64,000 nt of DNA from Vicinamibacterales bacterium. GTDB taxonomy: Bacteria > Acidobacteriota > Vicinamibacteria > Vicinamibacterales > UBA8438. Shown in pieces: positions 27,087-35,996 of this stretch. The position numbers and the translations under genes were made by a program. A model generated the notes under the pieces. It made no database searches, was not told the DNA's origin, and saw only the letters and a program-made list of their open reading frames with translations. Where the stretch lies: NCBI GenBank assembly GCA_965243615.1, contig CBDEVO010000003.1, forward strand, positions 3,347,141 to 3,411,140, written 5' to 3'. Position 1 is the stretch's first letter. Each line of letters opens with the position of its first letter.

Positions 27087-27679
27087 GTCACCCCTTCCTT
27101 GGCTCTCGAACTTCGCCGCCGCGACCGCGCCCAGCGCAGCGCGGAGCTGGCGGTCACCGCCATTGTCGCCGCCAGGAGGTTGAACAGCATGTCGACGGGG
27201 TCGAACACGCGGCTCGGTATCAGCAGTTGAAGGCACTCGTCGAGCACTCCGACGAGACTGGCCGCCACGACCGCGAGCAGCGCGGGGGCGGGGACGCGGC
27301 GGCCGCGGCTCGCCCGCTCGGTGAGCGCTTCGTGGATGAACAGGGCGACGACGCCGTACTCGATGAGGTGGGAACGCTCCGTCGGAATCGACATCCGCAC
27401 GAGCACCAGGAGGTAGGCGGCCGCGACGCCCAGTGCGACGGCGATCTCGGCCCCGCCCGGACGAACCCTGAGGCCCTGCGTCACCGCAGTCGCCAGCACC
27501 AGAAGGCAGCAGAGCATGAAGAGGCCGACGCCCAGCCCGAGGTCGCCGAGCGCCGCGTTCAGCGTCCGCGCGAGGCCGAGGGTCGAGTAGATGGCGGCCA
27601 CGACGGCCAGCGTCCAGGCCCATAGGCGGCGTTCCCGGTCGGACGTGAAGAGGCGTTCGGACGTGAAGCGGGCAGGCAA
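27083..27679 (-). CDS. VanZ-like membrane protein
   Basis: Multiple hydrophobic segments, ERSHLIEYG, GVLDECLQLLIPSRVFDPVDMLFN. Confidence 0.75.
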   Translation of the reverse strand: MPARFTSERLFTSDRERRLWAWTLAVVAAIYSTLGLARTLNAALGDLGLGVGLFMLCCLLVLATAVTQGLRVRPGGAEIAVALGVAAAYLLVLVRMSIPTERSHLIEYGVVALFIHEALTERASRGRRVPAPALLAVVAASLVGVLDECLQLLIPSRVFDPVDMLFNLLAATMAVTASSALRWARSRRRSSRAKEGVT

Positions 27680-27698
27680 GGCGCTCAGGACGGCAGTG

Positions 27699-28403
27699 TC
27701 ACCGGGACGGGTCCGTGGCGCCGGCGCCGCACAGGCGCGCCGATTCCGAGAGCGAGCCGAGGGCGAGGCGGGCCGCGCCGCGGTAGTAGTCGGTCGCGGC
27801 GTGCTTGTCGACGAGGGCGAGGCAGGCCGGCGCCCACGCGAGCAGGTGGTCCCGGAGGAAGTCGCTCTGGGCCTGGAAGCACCGCGCGAGGTGCGCCGTG
27901 TCGCCCCGGGCCGCGGCCCCGGCGGCCTGGTCGGACAGGGTGCCCACGAAGGCCAGCTCGAGCCCGAGGTGGTCGTCGGGCTCGCGGTGGACGGCCGGGG
28001 CCTCGACGCCGAACCGCTGGTAGACCTCGCGCACCTGCAGGGTGGGCTCCTGGAAGGTGAGCTTCGTCTTGCTGCGGTGGACCGATTCCCAGGGCGGGGC
28101 GCGCATCTCGCCGGGGCCCACGAAGAGTTGGTTGAAGTCCCACTCGAGGGCGCCGAGCCCGGCCGGGTCCCAGCCCGCGCAGAACGCGTTCAGCAACGCC
28201 AGCCCCGCGGCGGTGCCGTCGTCGCGGGACGGGAAGGGCCACGCCTCGAACAGCCGGTCGCCGGCGAGCGCGGCCAGCCACTCGGCGCGCGGCGCCTCGT
28301 AGAAGCACCGCCCGAGAAAGTGGTAGGCGAGGGCTTGCTCCTCCTGCCGCCGCCGCCACTCGGCCGGCACGGTCGCCGCCTCGTTCGGCGCGGGAGCGCT
28401 CAA
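27699..28403 (-). CDS. TorD/DmsD family redox enzyme maturation chaperone
   Basis: APPWESVH, REPDDHLGLELAF, FLRDHLLAW, YYRGAA. Confidence 0.92.
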   Translation of the reverse strand: MSAPAPNEAATVPAEWRRRQEEQALAYHFLGRCFYEAPRAEWLAALAGDRLFEAWPFPSRDDGTAAGLALLNAFCAGWDPAGLGALEWDFNQLFVGPGEMRAPPWESVHRSKTKLTFQEPTLQVREVYQRFGVEAPAVHREPDDHLGLELAFVGTLSDQAAGAAARGDTAHLARCFQAQSDFLRDHLLAWAPACLALVDKHAATDYYRGAARLALGSLSESARLCGAGATDPSR

Positions 28404-29419
28404 ATGCCGACCCTCACCTGCATCGCGTAGAACAGGAAGCGCCCGCAGATCTCCGACACCGCGACCAGGCCGAACGCGCCGCTGGCGAGGGTTGAAGCGA
28501 GTCGGCGCCGGGGCGCTCGCACGGGCTCGCGGGCGACGGCGAGGACTCCGCCCAGCGCCGCCGCGGCCGCGGCCAGCAGCCCGAGCCGCAGCAGGAGCAC
28601 GCCGCCGTAGTCGCCGCTGAGCCGCTGGGCGCTCGCGGCGGCGGCCGACGTGCCGTCGGCGGCCAGCGCGGCGAGATGGAGCGGCACGATGGCGAACTCC
28701 AGGGCCAGCGCCGCGATGCCGGCCGCCGCGAGCCCGCGGAGGACCGCCGGCGACACCCTGCCTGTGCGCATCGGGTCGTCCGGGCGGTCAGTCGCTTTCT
28801 GTACGACAAGCCCGGCCGTGACTCCGAGGATGCCCAGCCGTAGCGCCGTGCCCGCGAACGCGGCGGGCGTGGCGAAGCTGTTCCAGGCGGGCTGGGCCGG
28901 GAGCAGGTAGATTGCGACCTGGCAGCCGAGAAACGTCAGGCCGGCCGCCGCCGCGAGCCTCGGCAGCCACGCCACCAGCAAGGGATTCGCCGGCACTGCA
29001 TCGGCGGCGCGCCATTCCCGCCACACGAGCATACCCAGCAGCGCCGCGAAGAGGCTGCCGAAGACGATCTCGCGGCTCAACCATGACGACGAGAAGTTCA
29101 CGATGGCGCGCGCGGCCTGGAGCGGGGTGGAGAGGTGAAAGAGGGCCGCGAACAGGCCGGCGGACAGCACCGCCAGCACGATCAGGAGGGAAAGTGCCGC
29201 CTCGCGGCCGACGTCGCCCGCGTTCCCTGCTTCCGGGCCGTCGTGCCGCGCGCCGTCCGCCGGGCGTCGCGCGCTCGGCCCTTCGTCGGCTGTGCGCGTG
29301 CCACGTGGCGCGCGCTGTCGATGCGACAGATACCGCAGGACCTGCAGGACGAGAAACGCCCCCACTGCCGCCTGGGTCAGGACCGTGAAGAACACGAGCG
29401 ACCAGTCGCGCGTCTCCAT
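28400..29419 (-). CDS. DmsC-like membrane anchor subunit
   Basis: DWSLVFFTVLTQAAVG, FHLSTPLQA, SSWLSREI, EICGRFLFY. Confidence 0.9.
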   Translation of the reverse strand: METRDWSLVFFTVLTQAAVGAFLVLQVLRYLSHRQRAPRGTRTADEGPSARRPADGARHDGPEAGNAGDVGREAALSLLIVLAVLSAGLFAALFHLSTPLQAARAIVNFSSSWLSREIVFGSLFAALLGMLVWREWRAADAVPANPLLVAWLPRLAAAAGLTFLGCQVAIYLLPAQPAWNSFATPAAFAGTALRLGILGVTAGLVVQKATDRPDDPMRTGRVSPAVLRGLAAAGIAALALEFAIVPLHLAALAADGTSAAAASAQRLSGDYGGVLLLRLGLLAAAAAALGGVLAVAREPVRAPRRRLASTLASGAFGLVAVSEICGRFLFYAMQVRVGI

Positions 29420-29432
29420 CCGGGCGGCGCGG

Positions 29433-29996
29433 TCAGGCGCGGACGAGCTTGAGGGGGATGAAGCGAATCGCCGGCTTCGTGATCTCGGCGTCGGGCAGCG
29501 GCCCGAACTGGTCGGTGCCGCCCGCCTTCGCCGCGATCTCGTCGAGCGGGCCCCACTGCAGCGCCTTGGTGGGGCACGCCTCGGCGCACGCGGGCCCCCC
29601 GGTGCCGGCGTCGATGCGGTGCGAGCAGAAGTTGCACTTCTCCATCTTGCCGGTCTCTTCGCTGAACTGCGGCGCGTCGTAGGGGCACGCCCACGCGCAG
29701 AGACGGGCGCCGATGCACTTGCTCTCGTCGACGATGACGATGCCGTCGGGCCGCTTGGTGATGGCCCCCGAGGGGCAGGCCTCGGCGCACACCGGGACCT
29801 CGCAGTGGTTGCACGACATCGACACGTGGTACATGTAGGGCCCGCCGTCGCCGTCGCCCTCCACCGTGCGCACCTTGCGCCAGCGCGGCCCCAGCTCGAC
29901 CCCGTTCTCGACCTTGCACGCGACCTCGCAGGTGCGGCAGCCGGTGCACCGGTTGGCGTCGAAGAAGAACGCTACCTGCTTCTGCGTGTCGCTCAT
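29433..29996 (-). CDS. DmsB-like Fe-S electron transfer subunit
   Basis: CTGCRTCEVAC, CNHCEVPVCAEAC, CIGARLCAWAC, CNFC...CAEAC. Confidence 0.93.
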   Translation of the reverse strand: MSDTQKQVAFFFDANRCTGCRTCEVACKVENGVELGPRWRKVRTVEGDGDGGPYMYHVSMSCNHCEVPVCAEACPSGAITKRPDGIVIVDESKCIGARLCAWACPYDAPQFSEETGKMEKCNFCSHRIDAGTGGPACAEACPTKALQWGPLDEIAAKAGGTDQFGPLPDAEITKPAIRFIPLKLVRA

Positions 29997-32476
29997 GCCG
30001 CGTCCCCCGTGGATGCCGCGTGTCCGCCGGCGACCTCCACCATCGACGAGTTCAGCGTGTGGCCGAGCGAGATCGGCTCGTATTTGTCGGGGCTGAGGAT
30101 GCTCGCCGTCTGCTTTTCGTTCACCGCGCCCCAGCCCGTCGTCACGCTCACCACCCCGCGCATGATGCCCTTCGTGACCTGCGCCATCGCCTCGATCTCG
30201 CCGCGGTCGTTGAAGACGCGGATGCGCGCGCCGTCCTCGATGCCGCGCGGCCCGGCGTCGTCGGGGTGAATCTGCAGCACCTGGCTGGCCCAGATCTCGG
30301 TGAGGAAGTCGTGGTGGTGGAAGCTCGAGTTGACGTGGTTGTGGTTCTTGCGGTTGATGAGCTGCAGCGGGTAGCGCGCGGCGCGCGCGGTGTCCACCCA
30401 GGGCGCCTCGACCGGGTGCAGGTACTCGAGGAGCGGGTCGAAGCCCCGCTCCTGCAGGTACAGCGAGAAGAGCTCAATGCGGCCCGACGCCGTGTTGAAC
30501 TTCTTGTCGGCGAACGGGACCCACGGGTTGGGCATGGGATTGACCGGCCCCTCCTCCAATTGCTCCAGGGTCACCCCGGTCGGCTCGAGGACGTGCCGCA
30601 GCAGATCGTCGTCGGGCTTGTCGAAGTCGTCGCCGAAGCCGAGCCGCTTCGCGAGCTCGGTCATGATCCAGCGGTCGGAGCGCGACTCGAAGAGCGGCTC
30701 GATGGCCTGATTCATGAGCTGGATGTAGCGGCTGCGGATGCCCGCCAGCAGGTTCCGCGTCTCGAACAGGGTGGTCACCGGCAGGACGAAGTCGGCGTAG
30801 CGCGCCGTCGTCGTCATGAAGATGTCCTGCACCACCATCAGGTCGATGTTGTCGAGTCCGGCGATGATCTTGCGCGTGTTCGGGTACTGCGTGAGCACCC
30901 CCGTCCCCGCGACGTGGATGGCGCGGATGGGATGTGGCTTGCGATCGACCAGGTACTCGCCGAGCTTGGTGGCGGGGATGCCGTCGATGCGCGGGTTGCG
31001 CTGCAGCGGCACCGGCGGGTTGACGGTCCCGCCCTCGCTCAGGTAGCCGCCGTTGTCGTTGACGCCGCCCCCGAGCACCCCGATGTTGCCGGTGAGCGAG
31101 GCGAGGTAGAGGTGGCCGATGACGGTCAGGGTGCCGTGGTCGGTGCGCTGCGCGCCGGCCATGTTCTGGATGATGGCGGCGGGCTTCGCGGCCGCGTACT
31201 CGCGCGTCAGCGCCGCGATCGAGTCGGGCGGGGCGCCGGTGATGCGCTGCACGACCTCGGGCGTGTAGCGCGCGGCGATGGCGCGCACCCACTCCAGCAC
31301 CGGCTGATAGCGGACGCCGTCGATGGTGTAGCTTCCGCGCAGGGCCGGCCGCGCGCCCGGAGCGTCGGCGGCGACGGGCTGGCCGGCGCCCTCGTCCCAG
31401 ACGACGAAGCTCCCCGGGCCGCTGCCGCCAGTGGTCAGCAGCCGCAGGTCGCGCAGGTCGACGGGCAGCGTCTCGCCCCCGGCCGGCCACCCCCGCGACG
31501 CCGCCTCCAGGTCGTAGCCGCCCTCGCCGAGCCGCACCAGGAACGGCGCGTTGGTGTATTGCCGGACGTACTCCTCGTCGAACAGCCCCTCGTCGAGCAG
31601 AACCTTGATCATCCCGAGCGCGTACGCCGCGTCTGTCCCCGGCCGGATCTGGATCCACCGGTCCGAGAGGGCCGCCGTCTCGCTGAGCCGCGGGTCGATG
31701 GTCGTCAGCCGCGCCCCGTGCTCCTCCCGCGCCTGGAAGATGTTCTTCACGTAGCCCTGGTTCGACACCGCGGGGTTGTTGCCCCAGGCCAGGAAGTACC
31801 GGCTGTGCACCCACTCGTCGCGGAACTCCGACCGCCCGCCCCCGAAGATGGCGTTGAACCCCGAGCTGACCGAGGCGCAGCAGAGCTGCGAGATAATCGG
31901 CGTCGCGCCGCCGAAGCGGTTCCACCAAGCCGAGTAGAGCCCCCGCACCCCCGTCGACAGCGTCGACCAGTTGCCGGTCCCCCCGAAGGCGAGGAACGCC
32001 TGGTTGCCGTCCTCCTCGAGAATCCGGCGGTAGCGCTCGGCGATGGTATCGAGCGCCTCCTCCCAGCTCACGCGCTCCCAGCGGTCCTCGCCCCGCCGGC
32101 CGGCCCGGCGCATGGGGTACTTCAGGCGGTGGGGGCTGTAGAGCTGGCGGATGCGCGAGATGCCGCGGGCGCAGGCGAGCACGTTGAAGTCGGGGTCGCC
32201 GGTCACCTTGACGAGGCGGCCGTCCTCGACGTGCGCGAGCATCGCGCAGTGCAGGCACTCCGGGGTGTTGGCGGTGCGGACGACGCGGGTCGCGGCCGCG
32301 GCGGCCCCGGCGGTGGAGACGCCGGCCGGCGCCCCCCTGGTCGGGTACCGGGACAGGAGCAGCCCGCCCCCGCCGAGCGCTGTGGCGCCCCCGACGAGAG
32401 CGCTCCACTTCAGAAAGCTCCGCCGCGACGCCGAGAAGGCGCCGTCCGGATCGGCTGCATCACGCTTCGGCGGCAT
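29993..32476 (-). CDS. Tat-exported molybdopterin (bis-MGD) oxidoreductase catalytic subunit, DMSO reductase family
   Basis: SRRSFLK Tat motif, RLKYPMRR, ISQLCCAS, IDPRLSETA, DIFMTTTARYADFVLP, HPDDAGPRGIEDG. Start 32476 preferred over track start 32572. Confidence 0.93.
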   Translation of the reverse strand: MPPKRDAADPDGAFSASRRSFLKWSALVGGATALGGGGLLLSRYPTRGAPAGVSTAGAAAAATRVVRTANTPECLHCAMLAHVEDGRLVKVTGDPDFNVLACARGISRIRQLYSPHRLKYPMRRAGRRGEDRWERVSWEEALDTIAERYRRILEEDGNQAFLAFGGTGNWSTLSTGVRGLYSAWWNRFGGATPIISQLCCASVSSGFNAIFGGGRSEFRDEWVHSRYFLAWGNNPAVSNQGYVKNIFQAREEHGARLTTIDPRLSETAALSDRWIQIRPGTDAAYALGMIKVLLDEGLFDEEYVRQYTNAPFLVRLGEGGYDLEAASRGWPAGGETLPVDLRDLRLLTTGGSGPGSFVVWDEGAGQPVAADAPGARPALRGSYTIDGVRYQPVLEWVRAIAARYTPEVVQRITGAPPDSIAALTREYAAAKPAAIIQNMAGAQRTDHGTLTVIGHLYLASLTGNIGVLGGGVNDNGGYLSEGGTVNPPVPLQRNPRIDGIPATKLGEYLVDRKPHPIRAIHVAGTGVLTQYPNTRKIIAGLDNIDLMVVQDIFMTTTARYADFVLPVTTLFETRNLLAGIRSRYIQLMNQAIEPLFESRSDRWIMTELAKRLGFGDDFDKPDDDLLRHVLEPTGVTLEQLEEGPVNPMPNPWVPFADKKFNTASGRIELFSLYLQERGFDPLLEYLHPVEAPWVDTARAARYPLQLINRKNHNHVNSSFHHHDFLTEIWASQVLQIHPDDAGPRGIEDGARIRVFNDRGEIEAMAQVTKGIMRGVVSVTTGWGAVNEKQTASILSPDKYEPISLGHTLNSSMVEVAGGHAASTGDAA

Positions 32477-33265
32477 CGGCAGTCCCCGGGCAGGTCCCGG
32501 TCGCGATTCGTCACCCGGCTCGACGTGCGGCCCGCGTAGAGAGCATCTTATAGCACCCTCCGCGGAACGCAACCCGCGGCAGGCCCGCGAGATGTCGTGC
32601 AGGCCGCCTCCGGCGGGCGTCGGACCGGACCGGGGTCGTCAGGCTGGCGGCCTCCGCCGCGTGTTCCACCAGGCGTGTCCGGCCAACCTGTTTTCGGCGA
32701 GCCCGGCGCCCGAAGGCCGGCATCCCCGCAGACCGTGGGCCGGCCGGGTGCAGGCGGTCCTCCATGAGGTTTCCAACGCCGAAGCATGACCTCAATGGCG
32801 TCTGAGACCCAAGAACATTGGTGTTGCGGCAACGCACGCCGCGGTCGATGATCCGCCTGATACCGGCCATGCCGCTGAGAGGCGTCTCGAGTTTTCCGGA
32901 GCCGCTTGTCACGACGCTCCAAGGTCCCGGAGGCGGCTAGTGGCTTGGGGCTTCGAGCATCCGCAGCAAGTCCCGAAGAAGCGGGTGGCGTCGCGGACGA
33001 TGGCCGAGGCCAAGACCTGCGGCCCTGGCGCGTCGCCGTGCCCACCCCTGGCGACCCTGGAATGCACGGACCGTGTGGAACCGGGGGAACGCCGCGCCGG
33101 CGTCATTCTGATCGCCGCGGCGATCAGCCGAAGCTCCAGCGCCGGTCCGGCGGTGAACTGGTCTGCCGTTACGTGATCCGCGGGGTCGGCGGTCTGCCGG
33201 CCGGCATCCGCGATGGTGTCAGCGCCAGGCTAATTCAAAACACCGATTCGAATCAGCGTAGTCCA

Positions 33266-33274
33266 TGCTACGCT
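33266..33274 (+). promoter_or_regulatory. Extended -10 promoter TGCTACGCT, probably leaderless
   Basis: 6 nt upstream of GTG 33281; no RBS. Confidence 0.5.
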
Positions 33275-33280
33275 CCGTCC

Positions 33281-34495
33281 GTGATCCATCGAGACCTGTC
33301 GGCGGAGCTGAAGCGCGCGGCCGGGTGGGCCCCGTCCATCACGCTGACGGGCCCGCGACAGAGTGGGAAGACCACGCTGTGCCGGGCGGTGTTCCCGGAT
33401 CATCCCTACCGATCGCTGGAGGCGCCGGACGAACGGGCGTTCGCGGCGGAGGACCCGCGGGCGTTCCTCGGGCAATTCCCGCGAGGCGCCGTCCTCGACG
33501 AGGTGCAGCGCGTTCCGGATCTGCTGTCGTACCTCCAGGGCATCATCGACGCCGACCCCACCCCGGGGCGGTGGATCCTGAGCGGGTCGCAGAACTTCGC
33601 GCTGCTCGAGTCGATCAGCCAGTCGCTGGCCGGCAGGACCGCGATGCATCGACTCCTGCCCCTGTCGTGGGAAGAGATCACGCGCTTCCCTCGATGCCCC
33701 GGCGATCTCGACGAGGCCCTCTTCAGCGGCGGTTACCCGGCCATCTTCGATCGGGGTCCCAATCCGGCGGACTGGTTCCGTTCGTACGTGGCGACCTACA
33801 TCGAGCGGGACGTGCGCAGAGTCGGCAGCGTCGGCGATCTGACGACCTTCCAGCGGTTCGTGGAGCTCTGCGCGGGCCGGAGCGCGCAACTGCTGAACTA
33901 CTCGTCCCTGGCCGACGACTGCGGCATCTCGCAGCCGACCGCGAAGGCTTGGTTCAGCATCCTGGAGGCGAGCTTCATCGCGTTCCACCTGCCCGCGTTC
34001 GGCATGAAGCAGCGCCGTCGGCTGGTGAAGATGCCCAAGCTGTACTTCCACGACACCGGCCTGGCTTGTTGGCTGTTGGGAATCCGGGAGCCGCGGCAGC
34101 TTCGCGCCCATCCGCTGCGGGGAGCCCTGTTCGAGACCTGGGTGGTCTCCGAGGTGGTCAAGCACCGTACTCACGGCGGCGAGAGCGGCGGTCTGTCGTT
34201 CTACCGGGACCGCAACGGGGCCGAGCTCGACCTGGTAATCGACGAGGGGGACGCGCTGACGCTCGTCGAGGCGAAATCCTCCGCCACGGCGTCCGCGAGT
34301 TTGCTGAACGGCTTGAAGCGCGTGCGGCCGCATCTACAGGATCTGCGCCCGGAATGCGACGCGGCCGTGGTCTATGGCGGCGAGGAGCTCCAGCAGCGCA
34401 CGGCTGCCCGGTTGATCCCGTGGCGCCTCGTGCGCACGGTGGCCTCCACCGAACGTCGATCGCCGGTTCGGATCGACCGGTCGGCAGGGCAGTGA
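33281..34495 (+). CDS. AAA_14 ATPase with C-terminal DUF4143 domain
   Basis: GPRQSGKTT, LDEVQRVP, LSGSQNF, SLAGR, KLYFHDTGL, GALFETWV, FYRDRNGAELDLV. Confidence 0.92.
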   Translation: MIHRDLSAELKRAAGWAPSITLTGPRQSGKTTLCRAVFPDHPYRSLEAPDERAFAAEDPRAFLGQFPRGAVLDEVQRVPDLLSYLQGIIDADPTPGRWILSGSQNFALLESISQSLAGRTAMHRLLPLSWEEITRFPRCPGDLDEALFSGGYPAIFDRGPNPADWFRSYVATYIERDVRRVGSVGDLTTFQRFVELCAGRSAQLLNYSSLADDCGISQPTAKAWFSILEASFIAFHLPAFGMKQRRRLVKMPKLYFHDTGLACWLLGIREPRQLRAHPLRGALFETWVVSEVVKHRTHGGESGGLSFYRDRNGAELDLVIDEGDALTLVEAKSSATASASLLNGLKRVRPHLQDLRPECDAAVVYGGEELQQRTAARLIPWRLVRTVASTERRSPVRIDRSAGQ

Positions 34496-34642
34496 CCGTT
34501 ACAGAGTGGCAACTGCGCCAGCGGAAACCCGTTTTTCGGCGGTACGACGCGCTCGGCACGTGGCAAGGTAGTTCCCGTCAGCGTCCCAAGGTCAGCGCTG
34601 GCAGGGTGCGCACGACGGCATTCTGCAGTATCGTGGGTCGTC

Positions 34643-35545
34643 ATGCGCAGCCTGTCGCTCGTCGTCCTTCTGCTGATGGCCCCGGTCCCTGCGCTGGCGC
34701 AGGCGGTCGAGGCGCCCCGCACGCTCTCCGGCGCGCCGGACCTGAGCGGCTACTGGGAGTACCGCAGCACGACGCCGCTCGAGCGGCCGGTGGCGCTCGC
34801 GGGCCGGGAGGTGCTGACGCCCGAGGAAGAGGCGGAGTACCTGGTCGGGCGCCACGCCGCCATCGGGCGCGAGCGCGACCTGCAGCTCAACGCCGACTGG
34901 TGGCAGCCCGGGGGCCTGACCGACGGGCGGACGTCGCTGATCGTGGACCCACCCGACGGCCGGCTGCCGGCGCGCACCGAGGCGGGCCGCGAGCGGGCGC
35001 GCACGCTGGGCATCGCCAGCCGGTTGCGGTCGGCCGACGGCCCCGAGGACCGCGAGCGCTACGAGCGCTGCATCATGGGGCGCACGGTGCCGCTGCTGGC
35101 GGTGTCTCCCAACCGGCTCGCGCAGATCTTCCAGACGCCCGACTACGTCGCCATCCTCCACGAGCAGAACTCCGATCTGCGCATCATCCCCCTCGACGGG
35201 CGCGCGCCGCTGCCCGCGGGGCTCCGCCAGTGGCAGGGGAATTCCCGCGGCCGCTGGGAGGGCGACACGCTCGTCGTCGAGACGACCGGCTTCAAGGGGG
35301 TATGGACGATTCAGGGCACCGGTCCGAACGCGCGCTACGTCGAGCGCATTCGCCTCGCCGGCCCCGACCGGCTGCACTACGAGTTCACGGCGCACGACCC
35401 CGAGTCGTTCGCCGGGCCCTGGACGGTGATGTTCCCCATCACCCGCGCCGCCGGCCCCGTCTTCGAGAACGCCTGCCACGAGGGCAACTACAGCATGCCC
35501 CTCATCCTCCGCGGCGCCCGCGCCGAGGAGCGCGCCGGGCGGTGA
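34643..35545 (+). CDS. Secreted hypothetical protein, EYACHEGN family, paralog 2
   Basis: RTLSGAPDLSGYWE, RTSLIVDPPDGR, WEGDTLVVET, ENACHEGNY. A TATCGT -10 box 8 nt upstream suggests a leaderless start. Confidence 0.85.
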   Translation: MRSLSLVVLLLMAPVPALAQAVEAPRTLSGAPDLSGYWEYRSTTPLERPVALAGREVLTPEEEAEYLVGRHAAIGRERDLQLNADWWQPGGLTDGRTSLIVDPPDGRLPARTEAGRERARTLGIASRLRSADGPEDRERYERCIMGRTVPLLAVSPNRLAQIFQTPDYVAILHEQNSDLRIIPLDGRAPLPAGLRQWQGNSRGRWEGDTLVVETTGFKGVWTIQGTGPNARYVERIRLAGPDRLHYEFTAHDPESFAGPWTVMFPITRAAGPVFENACHEGNYSMPLILRGARAEERAGR

Positions 35546-35657
35546 CCGCCCTCCCCTGAAGCCGGAGTCCGGCGATCCGCTCCTGCAGCATGCCCCTCAT
35601 CCCCGGGGCGCCTGCGCCGAGGAGCGCGCCAGGCATTGACCGCCCTCCCCTGAAGCC
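35491..35657 (+). repeat. Direct repeat of about 72 bp duplicating the 3' end of the paralog 2 gene
   Basis: 35491-35563 and 35586-35657 both read cagcatgcccctcatcc..gcgccgaggagcgcgcc..tgaccgccctcccctgaagcc. Confidence 0.9.
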
Positions 35658-35996
35658 ACGGCCCGGTGACCCGCTCTCCCGCCGCGGGGGCGGCGGCGCA
35701 TGCGGTTCATGCGTTCGATATCTGCTTGCGGCAGCCATCGGTCGCGATCGGTGTCGGCGGAACCGCTGCATTCGGACAGCGCGCACGACGACTTCGCGGT
35801 GGGCGACGTCATGGCCGTCGTCGTCATCTGGCACCCCGGCGGCCGAGGCGGAGGATGTCCCGGCGGAACGAGGCGGCCCGCCGAGCCGGCATTGCGCGGA
35901 TCCGTTGGTTCCCCACCAGGCCCGTTTCGTTCCGCCCGATGGCGTCTTCGTCGCCTGCGGGTGCCTCTTCTCGCCGAGCCCGTCTACCGTGATGGC

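Noticed and set aside
27640-27670. Short direct repeat cggacgtgaag x2 at the start of the VanZ-like gene
   Set aside because: Only two 11-bp copies encoding FTSERL/FTSDRE; too short to interpret.
28400-29419. Hydrophilic 40-aa insert after the first helix of the DmsC-like subunit
   Set aside because: Low-complexity loop in frame; probably neutral linker variation.
32545-32555. Possible promoter of the molybdoenzyme operon (TGCTATAAGAT on the minus strand)
   Set aside because: The TGn and TANNNT elements are out of register and no -35 is evident; not supportable as a feature.
32640-32700. Partial similarity (ggcggaggccgc, gttggcc) to the dispersed repeat
   Set aside because: Too short and too GC-rich to count as a fourth copy without an alignment.
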